Position numbers and translations under genes: made by a program
NCBI GenBank assembly: GCA_964016885.1
Contig: OZ024745.1
Span: 109,182,001-109,246,000, forward strand
DNA: 64,000 nucleotides
From: Eledone cirrhosa
Lineage: Eukaryota
Reading direction: 5' to 3'
The notes under the pieces: generated by a model
The model's input: only the letters and a program-made list of their open reading frames with translations
Database searches by the model: none
Told to the model about the DNA's origin: nothing
Shown here: one piece after another, positions 11,583 to 23,316 of the stretch
Numbering within the stretch: position 1 is the stretch's first letter
Layout of the letters: each line of letters opens with the position of its first letter

Positions 11583-11940
11583 TCTATATTTCGGTTAAGC
11601 ACTCTTCAAACTTTGAACCAATATGCAGAAACAACATCTTAATATTTCTACGAAAAATATACCCGTACCTTTAAAATAACGTCTTCACGTACCAATGTAT
11701 CGTCTTCCTGTTTTCCTTCGCTTGCAACGTTTTTTCGAAATATTTACTTCTGCGTCCACAGATTGATTTTTTTTCAGTTTCAGAAGATCCCGTTAAGGGT
11801 GAAAACAGCGATTCTTTGCTTAAACTTTAATCTGTTCTTATAATAAATATCTGTTCTACGGGTTTTAGTCTTCAAATTTATTATTACTATATATATATAT
11901 ATATAAAATATTAAACAAATAATGAATAAAACAATTTATC

Positions 11941-11986
<46 letters not shown>

Positions 11987-12005
11987 ATGTGTGTGTGTAT
12001 AGAGG

Positions 12006-12181
12006 TAGAACACTGGAAGGTAATATCCGTAGTGGTAGAGCACTCAGTCCATGGGACGAGTTTGGTAGAAGTAGTAACACAACAGTTAGTTCACCATACC
12101 GAGAACAATTCGTCGGAGCTGAAGATCCGCTAAGGTGAAACAATTGTTCTCGGCATAGTGAGCTAACTGTTGTGTTACTAC

Positions 12182-12186
<5 letters not shown>
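12006..12186 (+). mobile_element. Fold-back family F copy with hammerhead core at 12115-12153
   Basis: 45-bp arms 12066-12110 / 12142-12186; GGAG-CTGAAGA-TCCGCTAAGGT-GAAAC-AATT-GTT-CTC; (TA)n flanks. Confidence 0.7.
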
Positions 12187-12235
<49 letters not shown>

Positions 12236-12495
12236 CTTATCGAGCCCTCTTCGGATTTTAGTCTTCACATTTATTATTACTATATATAACATAGAAAACA
12301 AAAATTTGATTGTTTTCTATGTTGTATTTCTGCTCTGTAATATATCTGATATTTTACATTGAGCTAATTTTCCTACTGGTAACTGGGTAATACAAAATAT
12401 TACCCTTATGTTATTTATAATTAGTTTATACACGGCTCAGGGGTATTTTCCTCCTTCGAGCTAATTCCATTGTAAAAGAATTCCTTACACTTAAT

Positions 12496-12550
<55 letters not shown>

Positions 12551-12554
<4 letters not shown>

Positions 12555-12990
12555 AAAGTTTTATTTAAGATTGTTGGGTTACAACGAGTAAATATTTTAT
12601 AACTGATATAAAAGCACTCAACAATTTCTGGAGTAGGTTTACGATATTAAACAAATGGAAACTATATTTATAAAACCATATTTATTTCGTTATATATATT
12701 TCAGGGATATCATATTAGAAATATGGTATGCCTTCCTCAGACAAAATACAATACATAAGCTGTTTTATAAATAATTTTTGACATACCTTATAAATAATAA
12801 TGCAACTTCCAACTTTTTAAATGGAAGTTGCATTATTATTTATAAGGTATGTCAAAAATTATTTATAAAACAGCTTATGTATTGTATTTTGTCTGAGGAA
12901 GGCATACCATATTTCTAATATGATATCCCTGAAATATATATAACGAAATAAATATGGTTTTATAAATATAGTTTCCATTTGTTTAATATC

Positions 12991-12993
<3 letters not shown>
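12551..12993 (+). mobile_element. Family G fold-back element with 172-bp perfect inverted arms
   Basis: 12640-12811 is the reverse complement of 12822-12993, 10-nt loop; (TA)n on both sides. Confidence 0.8.
12885..12950 (+). ncRNA. Type I hammerhead ribozyme (mirror copy on minus strand at 12683-12748)
   Basis: UAUUUUGU-CUGAGGA-[AGGCAUACCAUAUU UCU AAUAUGAUAUCCCU]-GAAAU-AUAU-AUA-ACGAAAUA; stem I pairs fully, stem II has mismatches. Confidence 0.7.
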
Positions 12994-13051
<58 letters not shown>

Positions 13052-13100
13052 CCTTATCGAGCCCTCTTCGGATTTTAGGCTTCACATTTATTATTACTAT

Positions 13101-13275
13101 ATCGGTAGAGGGTCGGACGCCATGCTTTCCAGCATAGTTACGTCCCTTTACGATCTGAGTTCAAATCCCGCCGAGGTTAACTTTGCCTTTCATCCTTACG
13201 GGGTCGATAAAATAAAGTACCAGTAATGCACTGGGTAATTGCTGGCCTTGTGCCTAAAGTAGAAACAATTATTAC
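13101..13275 (+). mobile_element. SINE family A (slightly 5'-truncated)
   Basis: Near-identical to 5035 and 34381. Confidence 0.92.
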
Positions 13276-13362
13276 TATATACATGTGTGTGTGTGCCGAG
13301 GTATTGTTAGCTGCCCTATAGTTAAGATGGGAGGAGACCGTGGGCTCATCTCTTAAACTACT

Positions 13363-13500
13363 CTAGAATTCACTTCTACCGTATCTGATACGCCCGCCAG
13401 TTTCTTAGATATCTCCGCCATTATCAGTCTCTCCACCTGTTCACCTTTGTCTACTACAAGTTCGTTGACTCCCATTCCTTTCCCTCAACCCAGAACTCCC
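13363..13500 (+). pseudogene. Penelope-like reverse transcriptase fragment
   Basis: LEFTSTVSDTPASFLDISAII, frameshift, then TFVYYKFVDSHS; matches the PLE RT pattern LKFT......FLD.......T.V.YK.TDSH. Confidence 0.7.
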
Positions 13501-13664
13501 ACATTGGTAGTTCAAGCAACTGACTATCTATTCCACGTGTGTGTGTGTGTTACTGTCTTTTAAAAAAATTTTTTTTTTATTAAAAAAATAATATTGTTGT
13601 TCGTCAGAAAATGTATAATTTGGCTAACGAACTCATTCAACGGTTTTCATAAGTGATTACATAT

Positions 13665-13860
13665 ATAATAATTATAATGAAATTATTGTGTACAGTGCTC
13701 AGGTGCACTACAACTCACCAAAGTTATCAATGAGAAATGCTGGATTTATTACATTGAGAGCTTGAAAATCGGTACATTGGCATAAGGGCAGGGACGCCGT
13801 CATGAGCATTCTAAACCAGTTAGGAACAGTCCGTATCCATGCGAGTCGGAACACTGACGA
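13665..13860 (-). mobile_element. Probable LINE 3' end/tail
   Basis: Minus strand ends GAGTTGTAGTGCACCTGAGCACTGTACACAATAATTTCATTATAATTATT, i.e. a short stem-loop plus (ATT)-type tail; family not determined. Confidence 0.35.
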
Positions 13861-13862
13861 CG

Positions 13863-13934
<72 letters not shown>

Positions 13935-14089
13935 GGAAAATTGTTCCCAGCACTGGAAAAATTACTTTATTAACTTCGAAAAGATGAAAGACCTTATTGA
14001 CACCAGAAAGATGGAACGAGAACTACAAAGCGTTCTAACGACTCTGTTATTTCGCCATCTTTCAATTTCCGATATAACAAGTAGTAAAC

Positions 14090-14655
14090 TGTTAACTAGT
14101 CTTCATTCTAACCAAGTGGCAAGGGTTGATCGAAACGCTAGAAATAGCAATCAAATACCTTTCAAACAACTCACTAGTTAATATAAAGTGTGCTGTGCTC
14201 TTGCGCGGAGATGTTATAAAATAGCGCTTCGTAAAAGTCAGAGAGATCGGATACGTAAACACACTAGTGTATTAGATAAAGATGGGAGCCTCGAGATAAC
14301 ATTTTTGAAACAAAAGATGGTGCAGTCATGGCTGGAACGCCTTTCTCCATAGGCTAATCTGTGGCTAAATAACAACTAATCCCTAGTTTAAGCCAACCAA
14401 AAATCTTATTTGTAGTTGTTCGACTTGCTAAAATAAGAAGCAAAACCTCCTCTAAAATCACACCCGACCATCGTAAAAAAATGAAAAGACACATTAGATG
14501 ATGTAGTCCGAGATACATTGTGTCTGAAAAAAATTGGATGGTCTTGCTTGAAGAGCTGTGTAGTAGAATGTAGTAGAAGTTGTACATAAAAGAAGAGTTG
14601 GTCGTGGCTGGAAAGTATTTGGCCCGAAGTTTGCTCGATTAAGGCTAAAACAACA
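14090..14655 (-). repeat. Tandem decayed copies of repeat family D
   Basis: Repeated GCTAGAAATAGC..CAAA...TCA.ATCACAC and CATGGCTGGAA motifs, reverse complement of the 27.15-28.3 kb units. Confidence 0.6.
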
Positions 14656-14695
14656 CGCGGTATGTGACATGCCTTATTAGTGCTTCATGACTGAA

Positions 14696-14992
14696 GGCTT
14701 TGTAGTTAAGGTATTCGGCTCACAAACGTGGGTTCGATTGCCGGCGGTGCGTTGTGTCTTTGAGTATGGCATTTTATATCACGATGCTCCAGTTCACCCT
14801 GATGTCAAAAATGAGTTGTACCTGTAATTCTAAGGGCCAACCTTGTCCCGTTTGGTGTCACGCTGAATCTCCCTGATGACTACTTTTAAGGGTTAGTGTT
14901 AGTGTCTATGGAAATGCTCAGTCACTTGCACGTTAATTTCACGTTGATCGGATCAATTGGAACGCTCGTCGTCGTAACCGACGGAGTGCCAG
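14696..14992 (+). mobile_element. SINE family B2 (tRNA head, CORE-like domain, distinct 3' module)
   Basis: GGCTTTGTAGTTAAGG..GGTTCGATTGCC head, CORE-like block, then CACGCTGAATCTCCCTGA...CACTTGCACGTTAATTTCACG shared with 29835 and 32405. Confidence 0.85.
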
Positions 14993-16728
14993 TATACTTC
15001 ATGAAATCGCATTAAACAAGACATTCTTGAAAACTACAAAACAGCACCATGACTGCGTAACATTACAAATTGACGTCTTTAATTTGATGCAACGTTTCAT
15101 AAACTCTCCAGTAGTAAAGGTACTATAAACATTTGAATTATTATGGACCACGTTTTGCTATTGTTGTTTAATATCAGATCAGGTCTAGTTAAGCTGATCA
15201 AAAAATACCTAATATTCGAGTCACGATTACCTATTTTTACAGTAAGTTTGTCTCAGACTATATTATTCAATATGTTCTTGGTTTGTTGTTTGTTTTGGTG
15301 CAGTGGTGTTGGGTAGAGAGGCGTTTTAGGAGAGATAGGATTTAGCTGTTCTTTTTAGCAGGTTGAGCCACCAAGAAGAGGCTCTTCCTATAGGCTTGTG
15401 GCACATCTCGTTGCTCTATAATGCTTCCATCAGCTACAATGGCAAAAAATAGCCACAAATCTCTTTCCACGGTTGATTGGACAACCTTAGAAGGCATTAA
15501 AGAGAAAGGCAATGCAATATCTGTATTTGAAGACCCATGCAACCCATTCTAGCATGAACACATACATGCCAAAATAATGAAAAACAAAACAAAAATCAAA
15601 CAAAAATATCATCATAGGATTAAAAGACTTTTAAGGATCCAGGTTTTAAGGTAATAACACATGGGTTATCAACGTATTACTGTACTTCGTTTGATTGACA
15701 TATGTTGCTTGTTTGGGTTTTTTTCTTCGGATCCGATCATCTAACAAATGTGATATTAAAATAGTTTAAATCATCAATAAGTCATGATTCTCAGAAAAAA
15801 CCCACCTATATGGGGGTCCTCCACCCCCACTTCCATCTCCTCCACCACCATCACAACTCTATTTATGATCCACATTTTGTAACTAGATTAAAACTCTAGT
15901 CAGTGATGTATTCCTCTTTACGATCCTTGTTTTGTAAATGGACATATATTCTCATGTAGGTGTTGTTTATTTTAAAGGGACAATACAAAAACATAACAAA
16001 AAAATAACGAAAAATAAAAAAATAAAAGCAAATAAAATCAAATAAAATCAAATAAAATAAATAAATATCTGATATAAACCATGTTGATGAACGAACGTAT
16101 CTGACTCAGAAAATCTGAATAAAAATATTTTGTCTATGGCACTCCTTTGCGGCGAAGAATGTAAAAATTCTGAGGCATTTTTTCCTCATCAAAGATGACA
16201 TAAAGGTTGCCAAGATATGACAGTTGCTTTCATGCTCAGAGAACTTGCATTGATTACCTCCATACACTAGTTACACATGCACATATATACATACATAGAT
16301 CTTCTCACATATATCTACATAAACACACACACGGTTGTACAAACAAAAAAATATATACTTACACCTATATACATGAAACGATGGAGGATCATTCTGACAA
16401 AAAAAAAACAAAAAAAAAAACATATATATACATATTTTAAAAAATAAGCAAATATCAATAAATTAAATAAAAAAAAATTAAGCAAATATAATAAAATGTG
16501 TTTTTTTTTTGTTGTTGTCGTTGTTGTCGTAGTTGTTGGTGATGGTTGTGGTGGGGGTGGGAGAAACCCTTCTGCTTGCAATTTGTCTGATATTGAGGCA
16601 AACACAAAGCTGAAAAATACGATGTAGCTGCATGTGTGTGTACATATTTGTGTGTATGTGTGAGTGTGAATACGTATATTCTAAGAAAGTCAACGAAACG
16701 GTCGTCATTGTTTATCATTTACTTTCGT

Positions 16729-16729
<1 letters not shown>

Positions 16730-16775
<46 letters not shown>

Positions 16776-16972
16776 GCTGCTGTTGTTGTTGCTGCTGTTG
16801 GGGATGTTGCCGTTGTTTTATTCCAAGCATAGAATGGAAAAGAGATTTTTGAAAAATAAAAGTATAAAGTTGTTGATGATACTATTAATAATAAAAATAA
16901 TGCTTATAAGATCACCAGCATCATCACAATCACAATCACAATCACAATCAACTTTGCCATCACTACCATCTC

Positions 16973-17010
<38 letters not shown>

Positions 17011-17305
17011 AGCACTTTCACAGCCATCATCATCGTCACCCACCTCCGCATCATCATCATCATCATCATCATCATCGCCGTCCACCTTCGCCTCATCATC
17101 ATCATCATCATCATCACCATCACCATCACCGTTGTCTTCTTCATCATCATCATCATCATCATCATCAACCCACTATCACCGCCACCACCATCATCATCAT
17201 CATCATCGTCCACCTCCGCATCATCACCATCATCATAGTCCACTTTCACACCGCCACTACCACCATCATCATCATCATCATCATCATCTTTCTCATCATC
17301 ATCAA
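16730..17305. repeat. (ATT)n, (GTT/GCT)n and (CAT/CAC)n microsatellites
   Basis: Triplet runs directly visible. Confidence 0.95.
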
Positions 17306-17410
17306 CATGCTTATAATTTTTATTTTTTATTTTTTTAGTTTAAATTTTTTTTTCCTTTTGATTTTAGTAATTTTTTCTAGACGTTTCTTACTCTTCCACC
17401 CCACACACCA

Positions 17411-17497
<87 letters not shown>

Positions 17498-17884
17498 TTA
17501 TTTATCTATCTATTTATTTTCATGTTTGTTGCTACAACAAAATATCAGAAGATCACATCTAATAATGCCCACCTTCTACTGATATGATACTACTTGCTTG
17601 TAAGAGCAAATAGAACTCATGCTTTTTCTCTATGTTTTTGTTTTCTTTCTGGAGTGCCGAACTGACAACCCAATGTGTTGTGTGGGTATTACTTACTGCT
17701 CTTCTTCTCCACTCCCCACTCACTGCTTCTGTGGCTATAATCTTCAGAACACACCATTTTTACGGTGCAATGATGTCAAATTGGTGTTGGGTCATAAAAC
17801 ACCATGGAGGTGGAAAGGAGGGTGAGTGGTAGTAGAATTATTATTTTTTTTTTTTTTACTCAATTCTTCTATATAAAAAAAAAT

Positions 17885-18885
17885 ATACACCACCATTACA
17901 ACCACCACCACCATCATCACTGCTGCTGCTGCTGCTACTACTGCCAACATTACCAATATTACAATCACCACCACTTCCACCACCAACACCACCACAACCA
18001 CCACCACTACCACTACCAACATCATCAACATCACAACCACCACCACCACCACCACCACCACCAATTCTACTGCTAACACTACCAACATCCCAACCGCCAC
18101 CACCACTTCCACCACGAACACTACCAACATCCCAACCGCCACCACCACTTCCACCACGAAGACTACCAACACTACCGACATCATAACCACCACCACTTCC
18201 ACCGCCAACACCACCACAACCACCACCACTACCACTACCAACATCATCAACATCACAACCACCAACACCACTGCCAACACTACCAACATCCCAACCGCCA
18301 CCACCACTTCCACCACGAACACTACCAACATCCCAACCACCACCAACACTACCGACATCATAACCACCACCACCACTTCCACCGCCAACACCACCACTAC
18401 CAACATCATCAACATCACAACCTCCACCACCACCACTTCTTCCACCGCCAACACCACCACAACCACCACCACTACCACTACCAACATCATCAACATCACA
18501 ACCTCCACCACTTCTTCCACTGCCAACACTACCAACATCCCAACCGCCACCACCACTTCCACCACGAACACTACCAACATCCCAACCACCACCAACACTA
18601 CCGACATCATAACCACCACCACTTCCACCGCCAACACAACAGACACCACATCTACCAACACCAACATCACAACTGTTATTGCTACCGCCACCAACACTAT
18701 CAGCATCACAACTACCCCGACTGCCGTCACTACCACTATCAACATCACATCATAACCACCACCACCACTAACACTATCAATATCACAACCATCACCACTG
18801 TTGCCGCCAACTCTACCAACATCACAACTGCCACCAACAACTGAACTACCACTGCCACCAACAACAGAACTACCACTGCCACCAT
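17885..18885. repeat. (CCA/ACA)-rich degenerate triplet array with higher-order blocks
   Basis: Blocks such as ACTACCAACATCCCAACCGCCACCACCACTTCCACCACGAAC recur. Confidence 0.92.
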
Positions 18886-18894
18886 TAATAGAAT

Positions 18895-19110
18895 GCTTTG
18901 TGGCAGTTGTTTTGGCCCTCTGCTCTCAGAGTTCAAATCCCACAGGGGTCGATAAGAACGCACTAATTTAGTACCGAGGTTGATTCTTCCGCTATATTCC
19001 TGTCTGTATTCAGATCTGGAGAGATGGACTCCGCTGGGTTTAAAATTGCCCTAGAAACGCCATATTTCAGTACGGCGTCCCTACGACTCCCAGGAGTTAT
19101 GGGTCCAAGA
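18895..19110 (+). mobile_element. SINE family A' (family A head/body, different 3' module)
   Basis: GAGTTCAAATCCCAC..GGGGTCGATAA..GATTCTTCC...TAAAATTGCCC...ACGGCGTCCCTAC; related copies at 28548-28810, 48150-48340 and 55693-56010. Confidence 0.6.
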
Positions 19111-19165
19111 TTATTAGTATCAATGAGACTTAAATAAACAGAACTAGTGAATCTATTAATATAGA

Positions 19166-19436
19166 CGTGTTGTTTCCTTGAGCAAGACACTTTATTTCAC
19201 ATTGCTCCAGTTTACTCAGTTGTAGAAATGAGATGATAGGGACTGGGGTCCATATCATTCCACTGCAAAGTGGTCGTGCAAGTGCCACGGCAAAAAAGCA
19301 CCCTGCACTCACTGTAAATGAGGTTGGTGTTAGGAAGAGCATCCAGCTGTAGAAATCAAGCCAGAATCAGTTCCCGTCCCACCCTTGCAAGCAGGGAAAA
19401 GCGGACGTAAAATGAAATGATGATGATGATGATGAT
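19166..19436 (+). mobile_element. SINE family B1 (CORE-like + RTE-type tail), 5'-truncated
   Basis: Nearly identical to 56345-56617; ends CCCTTGCAAGCAGGGAAAAGCGGACGTAAAATG(ATG)n. Confidence 0.9.
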
Positions 19437-20099
19437 TCTTCCTCTGATGAAATTCTAAAAAATTTAGAAAGCTGTCAGCTTCAGATAACATTTTTTACCC
19501 ACCGAGTGAAACACCTTGTAGTGTAATTTTGTTTACTTCTCACCACCAGAGACTTCAAACAATCTCTCTCTCTGTATGTATGTATGTGCCATCAACAACA
19601 TTTCATGGGATATATAAAGGACACAGAAACCACTCATCAGTTGTCTTCTGAAATTCACCATAGTTTTGGTAATTTTAAAGACAGGGCTGTTCTTCCCAGT
19701 GCATGATTAGTATCTAAAGAAAGAGAGCTATTCAGAATGAAAATACATCAGATGCTGGACAAGAAAGCAATGGCGCAGATCAGGTTCTGTTGACTCATTG
19801 GGCAGGGAAACAAAGTGAAATACCTACATTCCGATATGGAACCAAGATATATATATATATATATATACGCACACACACATTTAGTATTGACAGTCATGAG
19901 TATGACAACTCTGTAAGCATCCAGGAGAAACTCCAGATTAACAGAACCTATGTTTGACATTAATAAGGAATATATATATTAGTCGGTATACAGTGACACA
20001 TAATATTATCAATATGACTAAAGGATATAGATGCACAAAATTATATATAGAAATGAATATACAGTTATAGATATCTAAATATTAACCTATACATATATC

Positions 20100-20360
20100 T
20101 CTTCCTCTAGCTCTTGCTCGACAAGGCCGGGGGTTATCCTAAGCCAGCAATCCCAGAAGCATCATCGTGCATAGAGCCGACCAGGTTCACCTGAGCCCTC
20201 CATCACTGGCGACCCCTTGTCAGCTCCTCTGCCTCCTCCAAGGTGATGTTTGAGCCTCCGGAGATCTTCCCTGACGATATCAAACTATTTGGTGCGGGGC
20301 TTACCACGGGGTCTCTTCCAGCCTGCAGCCGCTGCACCGAACGAGAGTAAGGCCTTGGTA
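20100..20360 (-). mobile_element. RTE-clade LINE 3' fragment
   Basis: Minus strand GWKRPRGKPRTK*FDIVREDLRRL...EEAEELT, the typical RTE ORF C-terminus. Confidence 0.7.
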
Positions 20361-21019
20361 TAACATATACATACACACATATTAAGTGTTTACATCAGAT
20401 CTGAGTTCTCGTCCCATTAGACAACAAACTAACAGCAAGCTTATCCGTTTGGCCAATGTATATATGTGTATTAATTTGAATGTACATGTATGCTTCTGTG
20501 TGTATTTTCAAGTATGCAAAATACTGTATCAAGCAAAAAATTATGTGTAATTTCATCTTAGAAAAATATGTGTAACAAAATTGAATTAAAAATTATTTAC
20601 GAAAAATCATTTGCATTAAGATCTTGCCTGATAATTTCTATATTTAGTTAGAAATTCATAATGAAGAGTTTATAAATTTCAGAACTCATTTAGATAATTA
20701 AAACATTCATTAATGCCATTTTACAGTATACCATTGAGAGGTTAATTATACAGTATATATATAATATACACACACACACAGACACACATACATACATATA
20801 TACATACACACACACACACATGCACACACACATATCAGTTTATATTTTTGGTTGATATCAATATAAATGCAGGTACATACAATTATATGCACATAAATGC
20901 ATATATATATTCATACATATGTAACTATATACACATAAACATGATCGCAAAGAAACACAAACATATATAAGTTGATATATATTTTTATATACCGATATCG
21001 TCATTATATATTATATATA

Positions 21020-21062
<43 letters not shown>

Positions 21063-21309
21063 GAAGCATCCTATTCAGTTAAATTTGATATTAAATACAT
21101 CTTCTTTGAAGTAGTGGCATTACAAAAGTGATATACCATCAAACGTAAACGAACCATTTACATAATAATTCATGCATAAATGTATGCACACGCACACAAA
21201 ATCACACACACAAACGCGCAGTGGCATTGCTGTATGGTTAAGGAGTTCACAACCACACTAGTCATATAAAATCTACATAAAGAACATTATTGATTGTATA
21301 TATTATTGA

Positions 21310-21389
<80 letters not shown>

Positions 21390-22299
21390 ATATTGTTATA
21401 CTTGGGGAGGGTCATATTGTTGTAATAATATTGCCGGAAATAATAACAGAACACACTCACTGTTTGGTTGGTTTATATATATATATATATTGGTTTATAA
21501 ATATATATTGTTATGCCAAAACATTGGTCTAGGGAGCAACTCTTACTTGCCTTAATGGTTCACAAGATATAAAGCCAATAACATCAGAAAGGTCCATCAA
21601 ACACACCAGGGGTGATGGAAGTATTTTTGAATTGAGGCGGCCAAATTTGGTCAATTTAGTTGTAGTGATTACTTTAGCTGTTATTATCAAATATCAACCA
21701 AGATATAAACAACTTTGATATGCGGTAAACATAAATTATAGTGTATATACAAATATGTGTGTGTTTTGGTAGTTTGGGGAGAAAAATATAATTATTGAGG
21801 AGAGGAGGAGCGGGGGCAATGATTTGACTCTGCAAAAGCATTCTGCGGTTTAGGTTAACAGTACAGCGATGTTAGGATAAGACTCAAGCTGCCTATGTGT
21901 AGATTTGTGACTATGAGCTTCTAACTAGTCGAGTCTGCACACGCTGCCTATCCTCTACTGCCACGGGACTTGTGAAGAAATATCTGCACATAAAGATGGC
22001 AATGCTACGTGCTTGTGCTACACACATAGCACCCACTCCATTCCAGCAGCTATGTGTCCAGTGACAAGTCAAGGAAAAGATAACAGGACAGTTACGAGGA
22101 TCGCATGTATTATTGTCATGGAGTTTAAAAATTCCAGGGGTGTAGCTGTACTCACCAAGAACACAATGCACCGTTCAGTTCAGGAATCATACATACAACC
22201 TCATGATTGTGAGTCAAATGCTCTAACCACTAAGCTGTATGCCCTCTCACATATACGTATATGTGTGTGTGTGTATAGATATATATATATATCTATCTA

Positions 22300-22455
22300 A
22301 GGCGGGTAAAATTCCCGAGATCCATGGACGAGTTCTCTCCAGCGGTCTCTGTCCCTCATTATCGCTGCCATGTCCTGCATCTCCAACAGACCAGTGTCTG
22401 TCCTTAGGGCATCAACATACGTTAACCTTGGTCTGCCTCTTCTAGTGTGTCCATG
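22300..22455 (-). mobile_element. RTE-like LINE 3' fragment
   Basis: HGHTRRGRPRLTYVDALRTDTGL..MRDRDRWRELV. Confidence 0.75.
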
Positions 22456-22464
22456 TATATAAAT

Positions 22465-22648
22465 GGTACTCACTGTAAATGAGGTTGACATAAGGAAGGG
22501 CATCCAGCTATAGAAACCAAGCCAGAATCAGTTCTGTATGAGCAAACATGGTCACCAGACCTAGCATTGCCCACAACAGGACAACTCGTCTAATCCATAC
22601 TAGCGTGGAAGAATGGACGTAAAATGGTGATGGTGATGATGATGATGC
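22465..22648 (+). mobile_element. RTE-type 3' UTR/SINE tail
   Basis: CACTGTAAATGAGGTTG..AGGAAGGGCATCCAGC...GCGTGGAAGAATGGACGTAAAATG(GAT)n. Confidence 0.8.
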
Positions 22649-23081
22649 TGATAATTGTTTGTGAACATATTTGTTTGTATTTGTATGTATGTGTGTGTGA
22701 ACTAGCTCAGGGCTGACCAAGGGTTTAATAACAACAGGATCGGCAACCACATCATTAACAACAATGTAAAACAGTAAAGACAATCACAGAGAACAAAGAA
22801 TCCTAACTGATATACAACCAACTGTCAAATTTCTGCGATAGATCACATGTTACTTTTTGGTGATCTGACAGCTACATTTGGTATATAAGCAGGAATTAAG
22901 TTGGACAAATAACATCAAATTGCCAAAACTTGTTCCAGTTGCTTTACATAGGAAAATATCTTAAAATATATCAAAGGAAAAATATAAATAAATATTCAAG
23001 AAAATGCCAAATAGATTTTTTTATGGGTTTTCAGGCTATTGAGGTTGTTGAAGAAATTTAGTTGGCTTTTGTTGAATATTG

Positions 23082-23119
<38 letters not shown>

Positions 23120-23122
<3 letters not shown>

Positions 23123-23274
23123 AACAAGTAAGACCCCGACGGCTGAGCTCAAGCCGTTTCGACGGCTAATTCTGTACTGAATGAAAATTTGTTCCTATTA
23201 CCCACTCTACTACCCTAAGTATTGAGTACTTTGGTGCGTTATGGTCCACCTGGTCCCTTACCACATTTTCTTCG

Positions 23275-23275
<1 letters not shown>
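23120..23275 (-). mobile_element. Family E short element in (TA)n
   Basis: Reverse complement of 26042-26206; (TA)n on both sides. Confidence 0.8.

Positions 23276-23315
<40 letters not shown>

Positions 23316-23316
<1 letters not shown>

Noticed and set aside
17748-17821. Possible 74-nt exon (pyrimidine tract-CAG ... G/GTGAGT)
   Set aside because: Splice-like signals only; no recognisable peptide and no partner exons. Needs RNA-seq.
17792-18748. 318-aa Val/Met-rich ORF (also 2886-3467 and 58380-58917, including a mucin-like Thr-rich frame)
   Set aside because: Triplet microsatellites lack stops in several frames by construction; no signal peptide, splice context or unique domain.
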